DNA from: Podarcis liolepis
Taxonomy: Eukaryota
Length of the DNA: 64,000 bases
Assembly (NCBI GenBank): GCA_965112155.1
Contig: OZ218112.1
Reading direction: 5' to 3' (one strand)
In this document: piece after piece, positions 49,334 to 62,120 of the stretch
Position numbering within the stretch: the stretch's first letter is position 1
How the letters are laid out: each line of letters starts with the position of its first letter
Notes under the pieces: generated by a model
Told to the model about the DNA's origin: nothing
Databases searched by the model: none
What the model saw: only the letters and a program-made list of their open reading frames with translations
Made by a program: the position numbers and the translations under genes

Positions 49334-49838
49334 ACTTCACAGCCACTTCTAAATCTTGGAAGTTCCAAAACTCTTGGATAAGTTCCAAAACCCTTGGATA
49401 GGTTCCAGACCCCAGCCAGCATGGCCAATGATCAATGGGAGGTGTAGTCCATCAACATCTAAAGAGCCAAAGGTTCACCCCACTTTTGTTCTATGGAGAA
49501 ACACTATAATGTTTTCCTTCACATTCTTCACTGTCCTCTTTTCCTTCTTACTAACTTTGTTTAACTTCATATTACAAATTGTTAGTAGTAATGTTCATAT
49601 TAAAGTATTATTATTTCAATATAAAACAAGGGTAGGAAGCCTATGTTGCAAGAGAAATTCTTGGACTCCAGCTCCCATCAGCCCTAGCCAGCATGGCCTA
49701 TGGGCAGGGGCTGGTGGAACTTGTAGGTCAACAACATCTGCAGTGTCAAAGGCTTGCCAACTTTGGCTTAAGTAAAGAGAGGGACTTGCTTTCAGAAATT
49801 AATCTGTGATTCCATACACTTCCTCCCCGCCCACCCCA

Positions 49839-49882
49839 GTTCCTTCCTTCCTTCCTTCCTTCCTTCCTTCCTTCCTTCCTTC
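49839..49882. repeat. (TTCC)n microsatellite
   Basis: Direct reading of sequence. Confidence 0.95.
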
Positions 49883-51510
49883 AATTGTACTTTTTATTTT
49901 ATTTTTGCTTTCATACTCAAAAACCCAGCTGTGCAATCATAAGATGTGGACATTTTAGAGACCAGCCTTACAAATGCATTCTTCCCCCGATTTTTTATAA
50001 CAAACGAAGCCACCTTCACACTTTGGCTTTGGGTTGGTATCTTGGGAAGCTTTAACATTTTTTGCCCAGCTTACATTTCAACTAATTCCTCAGTGCATAT
50101 TTTGTTTTCTTGGTGTGTGTGTTTAATGGCCTGAGAGCTATTTCTGGAAGCAAAATGATGCAATCATTCATCTTCCCATGGCAATTGCACTTTTGGTGTT
50201 GGAAAGCCAGCAAAAGAAAATCCTTCTTTCCCTGAAATCTAACCCCTGAAAGCACTTTCAGCAGGCTGTGCTTATGCCATCTGGGCATACAAGAACATAG
50301 GAAAGCAGGACTGTTTATCCACCTAGACAACAATTGTTCATTCCCATGCCCAGAGGCTCTTCTCTGGAGGCTCCTTCAGTCCTCCTGCCTGAGATTTTGA
50401 AAAAGTCCCCTCTCTGCCGAAGTCTTTGGAGATTTACTCTGGAGATCAGATGAGACAACACTGGCCTAGATGAGTCATCATTCAGCAGGAGATCAAAGAA
50501 TTTCCATGTATAAGGTTCCAGGTTCAATTCTCAACATTTCCTGCTAAGTAGGACTGAGGAACCTCAGGCCCGGGGGTTGATGGCTGAATGTGGCACCCCA
50601 GGCCTCTCTGACCTCTCTATGCAGGCTACACTCTTCACTGTACTGGCTGCACACCCTGAGTGCTTTTGACCAATGAGAATGAGCCCTTGAACTGTGATCA
50701 TGCCTCCTGCTTGTCTGGATGGTAGATAAAGAGTGGTGTGCAAGTGGGCGTAGAAACTAGGCTACTGTACAATTGTAAAGTTTATTGTCTTGCGCCACCC
50801 ACTTTTCCTCTAGCCTCACCCACCATTAGCATGTAACTACCACTCCCAAAAGGTAATGAAGCCCTCACGTTCAAAAGAACTCCTGCTTTGTGGAGCTAAG
50901 CCACAGGCATCGTGAAAAGGGTTATGGGTTTTTTAAAGAGGGCTTTGGAGGCAGAGATGATGCTTTGTGCATTTTTCAGAGAGAGAATTCTAGCTTAGTG
51001 GTAGCTTGTCAACTTTAGGAGGTCCCAACTTCAATCCCTGGCAACTCTGAATCAGGTATCAGTTGATGAGGAGCACCATTCTTTGCTGTTGGCTCTAGAG
51101 GGCTGCTGCCTTTGAAAGTATACAGACCAATAATATAACCAAGCATAAAGCTGTAAGTGTCTCATGTTTCCTAATCAGGTCATGAAGAGCAGCTAGAGAG
51201 AACGGGCAGTCACATTCTGGTTAGTAGAGAGGGACAGATGTGGAGGGGCAGAGGTGTCATGAATTTAGCTGGCAATATGGGTCAAGGTATCTTGGTGGTG
51301 TGGCAAGGAACTGACCTGTGACCTGGCCTTCTTGGTAGTGGTTCCCTATCTGTAGAATGTCTTCCCTTGTGACATGCATCTGGCTCCCTCATTGTTAACT
51401 TTAAGAAGAAATCTAAAAACATTACTATTCATCCAGGTATTCAATATTGTCCCTAGTAACCTTGAAATTTTCAGATGGGAGGGTATGTGATTGTTTTTAG
51501 GTATTTTTTA

Positions 51511-51872
51511 AAAAGGTAAAGGTAAAGGACCCCTGACAGTTAAGTCCAGTTGTAGACGACTCTGGGGTTGCGGCGCTTATCTCGCTTTACTGGCCGAGGG
51601 AGCCGGCGTTTGTCGGCAGACAGTTTCCGTGTCACGTGGCCAGCATGACTAAGCCGGTTCTGGCAAACCAGAGCAGCACACGGAAATACTTTTTTACCTT
51701 CCTGCCGGAGTGGTACCTATTTATCTACTTGCACTTTGACATGCTTTCGAACTGCTAGGTTGGCAGGAGCAGGGACCAAGCAACAGGAGCTCACCCCGTT
51801 GCGGGGATTCGAACCGCCAACTTTCTGATCGGCAAGAGCCTCTGTGATTTAAACCACAGCGCCACCCCTACC
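51511..51872 (-). mobile_element. Sauria SINE, full length
   Basis: (AAAGGT)n tail on the plus strand, B box, TSD taggtattttt at 51498-51508 and 51873-51883. Confidence 0.95.
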
Positions 51873-54800
51873 TAGGTATTTTTAGATGTTCTTAATTACA
51901 TTTTAGAGGTTTTAAATATATTTGCATTTTTTAAAAATTGTATCTTCTTGTTCGTTTGTTGTTTGGGCTCTTTTGGGAGGAAGAGCAGAATAGAAATTTT
52001 AAAAATGAGTAAGTAACTAAGGTGGGTCAAGCCATGAATACCTTTAAAGCAGGAGAGGTGAACCAGATCTGGCTGGTGAGACTAACTGTTATCTCCCTCA
52101 GCCATTTGGTAGGCAAGTGAAGCCAGCCACGTGTCATATCACCTGTCATCACAATGACACCAGGTGACCTTAGATTGTCAGGTCTTGTTGATCCCTTTTT
52201 TAAGCACTATACAATGAAGTCCTGTGGCTGACGATTCCGCACCCCTGCCTCTAAAGCAAATAATAATAAGTTTATGATGGGTATTAGTGCAGGCAGTGGT
52301 GGCTAGTGCCCACTGGTACTGATAATGTGGTAGACAGAGAGGCCAACAGTAGGTGGAGTCAGAGTCAATGATTGGTGGAGTCAGAGCCAATGACAGAAGG
52401 AGCTAACTAATCCTGATTTTGTTCCCTTCTCAACCCTGCAGAGTTCTTCAACAAGTGCAAATCTGAGACTAAGGAGGAAGAAACTGATAGCCAGAGCCTC
52501 TGGGCTGATTGTAAGTGGGGAAAAAGGCAGGGAGGTGGATGCTAGCCGAGATGGTGGCTAGCTGAAGACAGACTGAGCCTGGTGGAGTAGTACCCCATTT
52601 GCTCTGATATCTTTCCCTAGGTGCACAGAAGGGAATGCAACAACTGGGAAAAGATCCCTAGTTATTAAAAATGATTAAAATGTTTGTTTTAATAGCACTC
52701 ATGTCAATGTTAATGACAAAGCAGACAAGAAAGAAAGAAAGAGTCTGCCATAATGTTAACAGACACTGATAATTGTTTTCATTTGTGGAAATGTAAAATG
52801 ATCGCTGTGAAATTACAAATTTCATCACAAACCCTGAAGTCATGGTGTAATTAGATGTCAGTAGTGAAACCTATTGGTAGTGTATATTTGTCCCTGGTGT
52901 TGCATATAAGAACATCTATGTTCTCTGTCTTGGCACTTCTACTCAAGGAAATGAATTTTAAACATTTTACTGAAGAAGAAACTTTATTTATACAGGGATG
53001 CTCTTTGCTCAATAAAAAGACAGCCCCCCAAAAAACCCTGTGGTTAGATATCAATTATGTAATCTTCCCCTAATTACCCTTACCAAGTTCTTGTGAGCTG
53101 GTGTGATGCTGTGGTTAGTGTTAGGCACAGACTGAGTGACTGTGAATTATTAGCCTCATTTACATCACAGGGTTATTTTGAGGATAAATTATGTGGAGGG
53201 GTGGAGAGGACAGACATTGAATGCCAAGGCTAGCCACTACAGCTACCATCAACCCTAGTCAACATAGCCAATGGCCAGTGATTATGGAAATTAGAGTCTA
53301 GAAACATCTGGAGAGCACTGTGTTGACTATCCTTGAAGCATATGATCTTTCTTGGAAGAAAAGTGGGATAACAATGAGATGTGTTAGTGTTAGTCATACT
53401 CTGAGTAGACCCATTGAAATTAATGAACATGACTGCATCAGGTGAAATAATTTCCAGTGGTCTACTCTGGGTAAAATTTAGTTGGCTACAACCTATAATT
53501 AGTTCTTTAAAAAAATTAAAATATATCCCATCTTAATATTTGCTTGTAAATTAAAGGCATTTGTTTGTAAATTAAAGGCACTATATGCATGTTGCAACGT
53601 AAAGGACATGGACAATGATGGCACATTATTAATCAAAGCACCTTCCTTCATCATCTTGGAATTTAGCTTCAACTCAATTTAGCTTTGGATGGTGATATTT
53701 GTTTCCTCTCCATTGTCATTATTTGAGTGGTTTCCCCCCCATTCCCCCACTCCCCTAGGGTAACCACAGTATGTCATACTGTACAGAGGACTAGCCTCTC
53801 TTCGTAGGGCCATCAGAAGACAGTCCCCCCTGAAGGCATCCTTTATTTCAGAAGTGGGGCACCTTTGGCCCTCCAGATGTTGCTAAACTACAGCTCGCAT
53901 GAGCCCCACCAAGCATGGCCAAGTGCCAAGGATGATGGGCATTGTCGCACAGCAATGTTTTGTAGGCCAAAGGTTTCCCATACCTGCTTAGTTCATCTGA
54001 TTTAAAAATAAATTACCATCAGAAGTGAGAGAACATCAGGGTCCTTCAAGCTGCCCATCCAGTTTGCACCTGGACATCAGACTGGAGTGGCACACAGTTC
54101 ACTTGGTCAAAAGTCTTTCTCACTGTTGTGTACTGCAGAGTTCTATTTAAATTGCCTGCATTATTTCTAAATTTTCACCTATAAATGAGCACATGCAGAA
54201 TTTTGCCAAACCTGTGCCTTCTTTCATCCCCACTTTTGCTGATGCATTTGGGGGCTGCCAAACCTACCCTTTCTTCAAAGCTAGCATGAGACTCCTAAAA
54301 ATATGTGGGTGGTGAGAGACTTCTCTGCCCCCCCCCCCTTTGCAAACTTAGCTGTTTCAGCATTTCATTTGGGGGCAATACTTTCACTCCTCTCCACATT
54401 CAATTCCCTCTCATCCACCCCTCCCCAACACAGTTTGCTTGGCTTGAAAAAAAGTACATGGGTTATGTGTGTGTGCACACAAACTGCAGCCTAAAATATG
54501 CTCTGAATTAAGACAAAAGTGTTGCGTCTCCTGGGTTCTGATTGCTGCTGAAGTGTTCTGGTGTGCGTGTGCGCGCGCGTGTGTGCATGTGTGTGTGTGT
54601 GTTACTTTATGGCCAAGACAGCCTCTGGGGCTCTCCCTAACAGTTGAGGTCCAGAAAAGGGTCCATTCTGCCGGTTTGGCTGCCCTCCATACTGATGGAA
54701 GGGGGAACTCTTTTGACCCCACCCTCTTGCCTCAGCGCATCTGTCTAAGGCTGTACATTGCTTGGCCCCATGTGCTGCAAGCATTTTCTTGGCCTTTGCA

Positions 54801-55569
54801 GAGTCCTCGGTGCTTCATGCTGGAGGCCCCCATTTCTAAAATTTATCCCTCACCCTGCCCACCTCATCAGCTCTGAATGTGTCATCCAGGAGAAGGAAGA
54901 AGTTCACAGATCAGTAAAACAGAGAGTCTGAGAATCTTGCAGCTCAATTTATTCTTCTCTCCAAAGGGAAAAGTTAAATAGAGAAAGGCAGAGAGAAAGA
55001 AGAAGCAGGGATGAAGACAGGGTTTGGAGGAGGAGACAACGATATGCAGAAAATGTTGTCTTTTAACCACTTCGGGAAGTCTAGAAATTTGTTTGTTAGG
55101 GGGGCATTGTCTTTTTGAGCTGTACATACTGTATCCCTTTCAGTTTGAGTTGTTAGAGGAGAAGTTTGTAGCCCAGAGGCAGCTGCATACAAGACAAACA
55201 GGACAACAAACAAAAGAACTTCTGTATATTGCTCGATCCGATCCAAGGTTTGGGGCTGGGATTTGGGATATGGTCAGTGCAGCTGTCTGGGAATCTGGCT
55301 TGTTTGGATCACAACAGTTTAGTCCTAGTAAGGGTTGATGTGCCGGGGGAGTCAGCTATGGAGCTACAGGGGATTGTGTAAAGCATCCACTTCCAGTCAT
55401 GATGATAGAAACTTATTTTCTACAGGCCCTGAACCTGCGTATAGGGAGGTAAAAGGGTAAAAGGATGGGGAGGTCCTAACCTGGGATAGACACAGGAAGG
55501 AACATAGGAATTGGCTTTCTATTGATCAAGACCATTAGTCCACCCAGCTCAGTAAACATTTTAACACCA

Positions 55570-55712
55570 CAGGTGGAGAACCTGTGGACCTTCAGGTGTT
55601 GTTGGACTCCATCTCCCATCAGCCTCAGCCAGCATGGCCAGTGATCAGTGGTTATTGGAGCTGGATCCCAGCAACATCTTGAGGGCCAATGGCCACAGGT
55701 CTCCCATCCCTG
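55570..55712. mobile_element. About 135-bp palindromic hAT-type MITE (at least 10 copies in the window)
   Basis: caggtggagaacctgtgg ... ccacaggtctcccatccctg; copies near 5901-6010, 33990-34122, 34310-34424, 40302-40425, 49012-49138, 49627-49765, 53232-53335, 53848-53986, 55746-56512 (split by LTR). Confidence 0.8.
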
Positions 55713-55827
55713 CATCATGGAGTTTGTAGGCTATAGAGACTAGGGCAGAGATGAGGAAATTGTGGCCCTCCAGATTGTGAACTCCAACTCCTATCAGTGC
55801 TACCCAAGATCATCAATGGTTAGGGGT

Positions 55828-56469
55828 TGTCGCAGAGTATGTCAGACAGTACATCATTTAGCTCAAGGTTGGAATTAACTCTTTAGTAGCAAAAACACAA
55901 TCTCCACAGACTTGGCTGAGTGTCAGGCCTAATGAGCACAGCAGCTCGTTCCCCGTGGAAATTTCTATGGAATTCTATGGAATCGGTTTCATAGAAAACC
56001 GATTTCTGTGAAATCAGTTGCTGAGACCAAAGGTCCCTGCTTCCTCACATCTGCCTATGTCTCCTTCTCTCTAGGGCTTTCCCCAAGCAATCAGAGACTG
56101 TGCTGGTATGTGGCCAGTCTCTCCTCTGCCCATTGCATGCCTCTCCTGGTTCTAGGAGACAGGATGGAGGGGAGCTTGTCACAGCAGGAGGGGCAGACAC
56201 CCTCACCAAGCAGACTCATCTCTGTTTTTTGACCTCCCTTCTGACACTTGCCAGCTTCTGCCTTGGATTCTGGACTTCCCTCTGCCACAGACCCCTCTGT
56301 CTCACTAAGCCCTGTTACTCCTTCAGCTGCTGACTCCTCTTTCCACTCTTCTCTCTCCAACCACTTGTCGTTGTCCCACCACCACTCTCTAGGCTCTGAG
56401 CCTTCTTCCCTTGGTGGTTCTCCAGCTGCTTCCTCTTACCATTCCTCTGCATCCAATGAGTCCATGACA
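55828..56469 (-). mobile_element. Solo LTR inserted in a MITE
   Basis: Minus strand TGTCA...CGACA; 5-bp TSD ggggt at 55823-55827 and 56470-56474; the MITE halves rejoin. Confidence 0.88.
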
Positions 56470-57082
56470 GGGGTGGTGATGGAAGTTGCAGACGTAAAGG
56501 GCCACAAGTACACAACCTTGGGTTATAACGGCAATAATATTCCCAACCAAAGGTCACATCCAGTAGTGCCCTGGAAGGTCCAAGGAAGGGCAGCTTGCAA
56601 TCTGTAGCTAAAAGCACGGGTATCAGCAGGGTCGAGATAAGTTCCCAGCTCTCTGTGGCCTGTATTTTTGCCCCAGCTAAGGGCTAAACTACTAGGCATC
56701 TTCAGTGGTGGCAGGTGCCCATTGGGACTGGTAGGGCAGACAGCAGAGAACCAATGAGAGGTTGAGCAAAGTAATTTTAATTTTGCCCATATCCTCCTCC
56801 TTCCTGCTGTGTTCTACAAGGGGTAACATTGGGACCACAGAGGAGGAAACTCACAGCCAGTGCTCAATGCAGTGAGAAAGAAAACAGGTCTTTTAGCGAC
56901 TGGGCTATATCATCCCTGGTCATTGGGCATGTTGGCTGGAGATAAAGGAAGTTGCAGTTCAACAATATTTGGAGGACCAGCATTTAGAGCCCTTCTTGGT
57001 TATTTTCTGCAAACAAAATTGCCCCTATGCGACTCTCCAGTATCTGTGTTTCCCCCCAAATGGAAAAGAACAGCAAGTGATA

Positions 57083-57460
57083 TCTAAAGATGGGTATATC
57101 TGTCAATTTCAGTTTCTCTCCCTGTCTGACTCTTAAATTCAGTTCACCACAGATCCAAATCAATGTGTGACAATTAAAAAAACCCCACAACTTTTCTAAT
57201 CTGCACATTTTTTATATGCAGTGTAGCTCAAAACATGCATTTCTATAAGCTATTTCCTCTAATACATTTGTGATTTCCCATAATATATGCACTATATGCA
57301 CACTTTCTCCTAACATATGCAATTCTGGATACTTTTTTTGGTAGGCAAACTGCAACTTAAAATTCAGAGAAGTGCAATTTTTGAAGCATGTATGTGTGTT
57401 CACATCCTTTTCCAAGAAATATAAAGTAGGTATGTTCACAATGAAATGAGAACCAAATTG
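57083..57460. mobile_element. AT-rich non-autonomous DNA transposon remnant
   Basis: Similar to about 42800-42997 and 58200-58370 in the opposite orientation. Confidence 0.45.
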
Positions 57461-57516
57461 AATTTATTGCAGTGGTGTTGTTTTACACAACTTAAAGAAA
57501 GTATTTATGAATGAAT

Positions 57517-57896
57517 GACTACATTCACATCATGCATGTAAAGCACTATGATATCACTTTAAGCAGTCATGGTTTCCCCCAAATTGGGAATTGGCACCTT
57601 GTTAAAGGTTCCAAGTGTTGCTAGGAGTTCCCTCTCTAGAGCTACAATTTCCAGATTTGCCTATGAAGAGGAATTGATTGATGAACCATTCTGGGAATTG
57701 TAGCTTTGAGCTTATCCACACTTACCTTTCCTCCACTCTTTCCAGGTATGGTCCTGCATTTTAAAGTTTGATGTCCAAGCACCCCTAACAACTCTTAACA
57801 CTCTTAACAAACTACAGGTCTCAGATGTCTTTGGGAGGAGCCATGCCTGTTTAAAGAGGTATCATAGTATTTTTAATGTATTGTGTGAATGTGGCC
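57517..57896. mobile_element. Large palindromic MITE (Harbinger-like)
   Basis: acattcaca...taaagcactatgata / atcatagtatttttaatgtattgtgtgaatgt long inverted arms; relatives at 48420-48690 and about 60990-61097. Confidence 0.7.
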
Positions 57897-59137
57897 CAAG
57901 TTCCCTAGGTGGTTTTCAATATATACATAAAAACAATGGATATACAAAGAAACAGATTCAGTGTTCAAAAGTGATGGAGAATTTCATAAATGCAGCAAAA
58001 CAAAAGTGTATATAAGATTTAGATATGGAGTTTGTAGATTTGGAAGGGGCCCTGAGGGTTATCTACTCCAACCTGCTGCAATGCAGGAATCTCAGTTAAA
58101 AGCATCCATGACAGGTGGCCACCAAACCTCTGCTTTTAAAAACTCCAATGAATGACATTTAAAGGTAGGTTTGCCATTAAATGCAACTGAATAATTATTT
58201 CTTCTTCATTGAACCATTACATGAACCACAACACAGCCTTCCTTTGAAATTCAGTTTTCCAGATTTTGCAATGCAGTTCTCCAGCCAAGTAATAGGTACA
58301 GAAAAAGCATATGTTAGAGGAAACTGTACATCAAAATGCAAATATTGGGGGGGGGACATACAAAAATGTGTGGTATCAGGGCCATAATGCCTCTGACAGT
58401 ATGGGGAGAACATAGCCATAATGGCTGGTAGCCATAGGTAGCCTTATCCACCACTGATTGAATCAAAAAGCCTTCCAGCTTTAAAGCCAACTATGGAATT
58501 CACTCTAAAATAAAAAATTAAAATAAAAATGGCCACCAATTTAGAAGCTGCCAGTGGCTACTAGTCAAAATGGTTATGTTCTCCTTCTATGTCTGGAGAC
58601 ATTATGCTTCTGCATATCACTTTCTGTGAATGTGGAGAGTGCAGGTGTCCAGATGACCATTATGAGAACAGGATGCTGGACTAGATGGGTCGTTGGGCTG
58701 ATCCATCAGGGCTCTCCTGGTGTTCTTATGTTCCAGACAGTGGTCTGGAGCAACCAGTTGCCAGGGAAACAGAAGAGAAGCTGGCTGCTCCACCCCTTCT
58801 CTCAACCTCCCAGGGTAATTTGGGATAGGCTGGCCTGTAGAGGGCACTCAGAACCCTTTGACATGCCAAAACTCAGAAATCAAAGTTGTTGAGCTTTTCT
58901 TGGGAAAGAGGGCATTGCAGCAGGGGCAGGCTTTGGCTGGGGGGCGGGGGTAGAACCTCAGATAATAGAGTATTTTCAATGCTTTTCAATAATATTTGTG
59001 GATCTAGGGGGGCTTTGCCCATGACAGAGCCCTTATAATGTCCAGTTGTTCCAGCTAAGGGCACCAATGCATCAGTGTTGATGTTTTTAAACTGACCCAT
59101 TAATGTGAACCAGGCTCTGTGCTGGTTTGGTATCAAC

Positions 59138-59700
59138 AATTGAAATTGAAATACGTTATTGTCACTTGTACAACTTGTATACAGTGAAATTACATGAGCA
59201 CACCCACCCCCTCAGCTCTCTTAGTCTTAATTCCCCTCGTTTACTGGCGCACACCAACCAAACCGAAAGTCAGTGACCCTGTTGTTATCTTTTCATTCAG
59301 CAGCCTAACAGCCCATGGATAGAAGCTGTTCTTTACCCTGTTGGTGCGACTAATCATGCTTCTATATCTTCTGCCTGACGGCAGATCAAGAAAGTGCCGG
59401 CCAGGGTGTGAATCATCCCTGAGAATTTTCCTCAATCTCCTGAGGCAACGATCTTCTGCTATTTCATCCAGTGGATTCACGGGACAGCCCATAATATCTT
59501 GTGATGTATTCAACACCCTCTGTAGGCACTTCCTATCAGATGATGTCAAACCAGCATACCACACCGTGATGCAGTATGAAAGGACACTTTCTATTGTTGA
59601 CCGGTAGGAGATCATCAGATGTTGATTGATATCATTCTTCCGCAATACTCTGAGGAGATGGAGTCTCTGATGGGCTTTCTTAACCACCTGGGTTGTATTT
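59138..59700 (-). mobile_element. Rex-Babar clade LINE 3' fragment
   Basis: ORF 59241-59687: VKKAHQRLHLLRVL...YRSTIESVL.YCITVWY...DDSHP...LPSGRRYRS...KNSFYP (DUF1891-type RT C-terminus); (ATTTCA)n tail. Confidence 0.88.
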
Positions 59701-61113
59701 AATGGTTCTAATTATATTCTGGTTCAGGAAAAAAACACAGATTATTCACACCAGTTTTTGGTTCAGGCTTAGTTTGAATTCCCCCCTGGCCCAGACCTAC
59801 AAGGATCTGTTTACAACATTAAATGTTTCACTGGAGTCAGCTCAACTGCCTCACAGAAATTACATACGCATGCGCACGTGCGTGCACACACACACAAACA
59901 CACACACACAAAAAGTTATGTAAAGTTAGGACATTCCAGTAGATTTTTTATTCCTCCTTTCAACAGATACTGCAGATATTATGATGAATGCAAATGCCAG
60001 AATCATATATAGTACGGATGGCAAATCATTTATATCAGGATAGGAGTGGGAAACTTTTTACAGTCCAAGGGCTACATTCCCATCTGGATAAATTTCCTGG
60101 GGCCACACGGATCAAAAGTGGGCAGAGCAACAAATGTAAATGTAGTCTTTGTATGGTGAGCTAATTTTTAGACACACTCACCTTCCTTTCCCCTCTCTAT
60201 CCTCCATCCTTTGAAGGTCCACTTGATGGATCCCATGTCCACTTCTTAGGCTGCCTTGAGTACATCAAGTTCATTACCTTCTTCCAAAGCAGATTCAATC
60301 CAGGACATTAACATTTGTTTACTGCCTAATGTGTCTCAATTTCTACAGGGGCCTACAGCTGATTTTACACACACACACACCAAGAAATTATTCATTGCTT
60401 AAAGCCTTTGGTTATTTAGACATGTAACTCCAAATCCTGCTTCCAATTATATTTGTATAAATATAGAAGTTTGCAGAGCTGCTCCTGATTTTCTACAAGG
60501 TATCTGAGCGTCCATTGAGCCTTCTGATGATATCTGCCAAAGTAGCATCACTTCTGGGCATGCAGCCCAAGGTAAGTGTCTTAAGTAGGCTCTCTTTTCA
60601 GGGTATGGAAGTCCTGTGCCCTATTTTACAGTGGACAGCCTATGCAAAGAACTTACCAGTCACAGACCAGTCTAAAGATAAAGTGTTGGAAGTGCAGATA
60701 CACAAGATCATTAAGTTTGTAATGTAAGGGTTAATTATATTATCAGTAAGTCATATAACCATGGGGGAGGTGTTGCTTAGCAACCTGGCAGAGTGGCATG
60801 ATGTTTGCTGAGGCTACATCTGATTAGCTGTGGATTTCTTTTCTCTCTGGTCTCAGTCTACATTATATAAATGATTTTACTAACATAAAGAGCCCCAAGA
60901 AAGGAGATCAGAAGGGAGGAGTTTTGGCGTTACCAATCAACTGTGAGCCCCTATACTGAGCAGGCACGCAGGTCACCTGAGAACTACTGTATGATTGCCA
61001 GAGTTCCCTGGGAAGAGGAGTTGCTTGTCAAGGGAATAGAGCTGTCCTAACAACTATCAGCAACTATCATGCTTGACAAACTACAGCTCCCAGGATCTCA
61101 TTCAATATTTTAC

Positions 61114-61208
61114 TGAATCAAATATTTTGAATTGAATCAAATATTTTGAATTGAATCAAATATTTTGAATTGAATCAAATATTTTGAATTGAATCAAATA
61201 TTTTGAAT
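61114..61208. repeat. Minisatellite, five perfect copies of 19-bp tgaatcaaatattttgaat
   Basis: Direct reading of sequence. Confidence 0.95.
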
Positions 61209-61539
61209 TGAATATATTGAATATATATATTGAATTCAATATTTAATTGAATAAAATATTGGGGGAGGGCAGGTAAGCCCTGCCTCACATAATAAATCCA
61301 TCAACTTGAGGGGGGCAGCCCCTTCAAATATTTTGTTGGGGAGCCAAAGACCCCTCAACTCCTATAGCCGCCCTTATCTGGGGAAAGGTATAGCAGTTCC
61401 ATTTCAAGAATAGCCGTTATTTCTAAATTTGCATTTATCTAGGGTTGCCATATGTCCGGGTTTTCCCTGGGCACACGCTCTTTTTCAGGCTTAACATTTG
61501 TGCCCGGGCGGAAATTTAAAATGTGGCAAAATGTCCAGG

Positions 61540-62120
61540 GTTTTTTGTTTGGCTGTGCGCAAGCCCCGCCCCTTGGTCCGCGAGCGCCAGCAGGAACTGC
61601 TCTTTGTCTGAGATTTCGTCGCCCCATCGTGGCTGGAGCTGAGCTCCTTCTTCTTCTGACTTTGGCCGGCGGCGGCAACATCGTGGGAGCGAAAAAAGGC
61701 GGGGAAAGAGGTGGTGGGGAGAGAGAGAATGGCAGGAAGAGACTGAGCGGAGCAGCCGCGCAGCCTTGCCTCAGACTGGGCTTAGCTGGGGCCGCCGCTG
61801 CTCTTCCTCATCCTCCTCCTCCTCTGCGTGGGAGAAGATGGGGTGGCGGCAGAGCCTGGATTCGCCTCACACTATCGCCACATAGTGAGAGCCTCCGCCT
61901 CCTCCTGGGCCTGCCCATCCTGTCCCCAGGCGTGCCAACCTGTGTGTTTGTATGCATACGTGCGAGTGAGGGAGAGGGAAAGAGCAGGAGGAAGGGAGAC
62001 CGAAAGACAGGCAGCAACCTCTCGGCATCCGACTGCAGCAGCGCTTCTTGATTGAAGCCCCCCAGGACAAAATCGATAGTGCCTCTCTCTCTCTCTCTCG
62101 GGCTCCCTCCTCTTCCTCCC
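61540..62120. promoter_or_regulatory. CpG-island-like promoter / non-coding first-exon region of an unidentified gene
   Basis: High GC and CpG density outside any recognisable TE; GC box gccccgccc at 61563; tgcgca at 61556; (GGC)n and (CCT)n runs typical of vertebrate 5' UTRs. Confidence 0.6.

Noticed and set aside
59241-59687. Similarity to the 'ALKBH8 N-terminal' DUF1891 domain
   Set aside because: This domain is the C-terminus of Rex-Babar/L2-group RTs; the repeat tail and truncation show it is a LINE, not a host gene
61114-61208. Regular repeats suggestive of CRISPR
   Set aside because: Head-to-tail units with no spacers in a eukaryotic context
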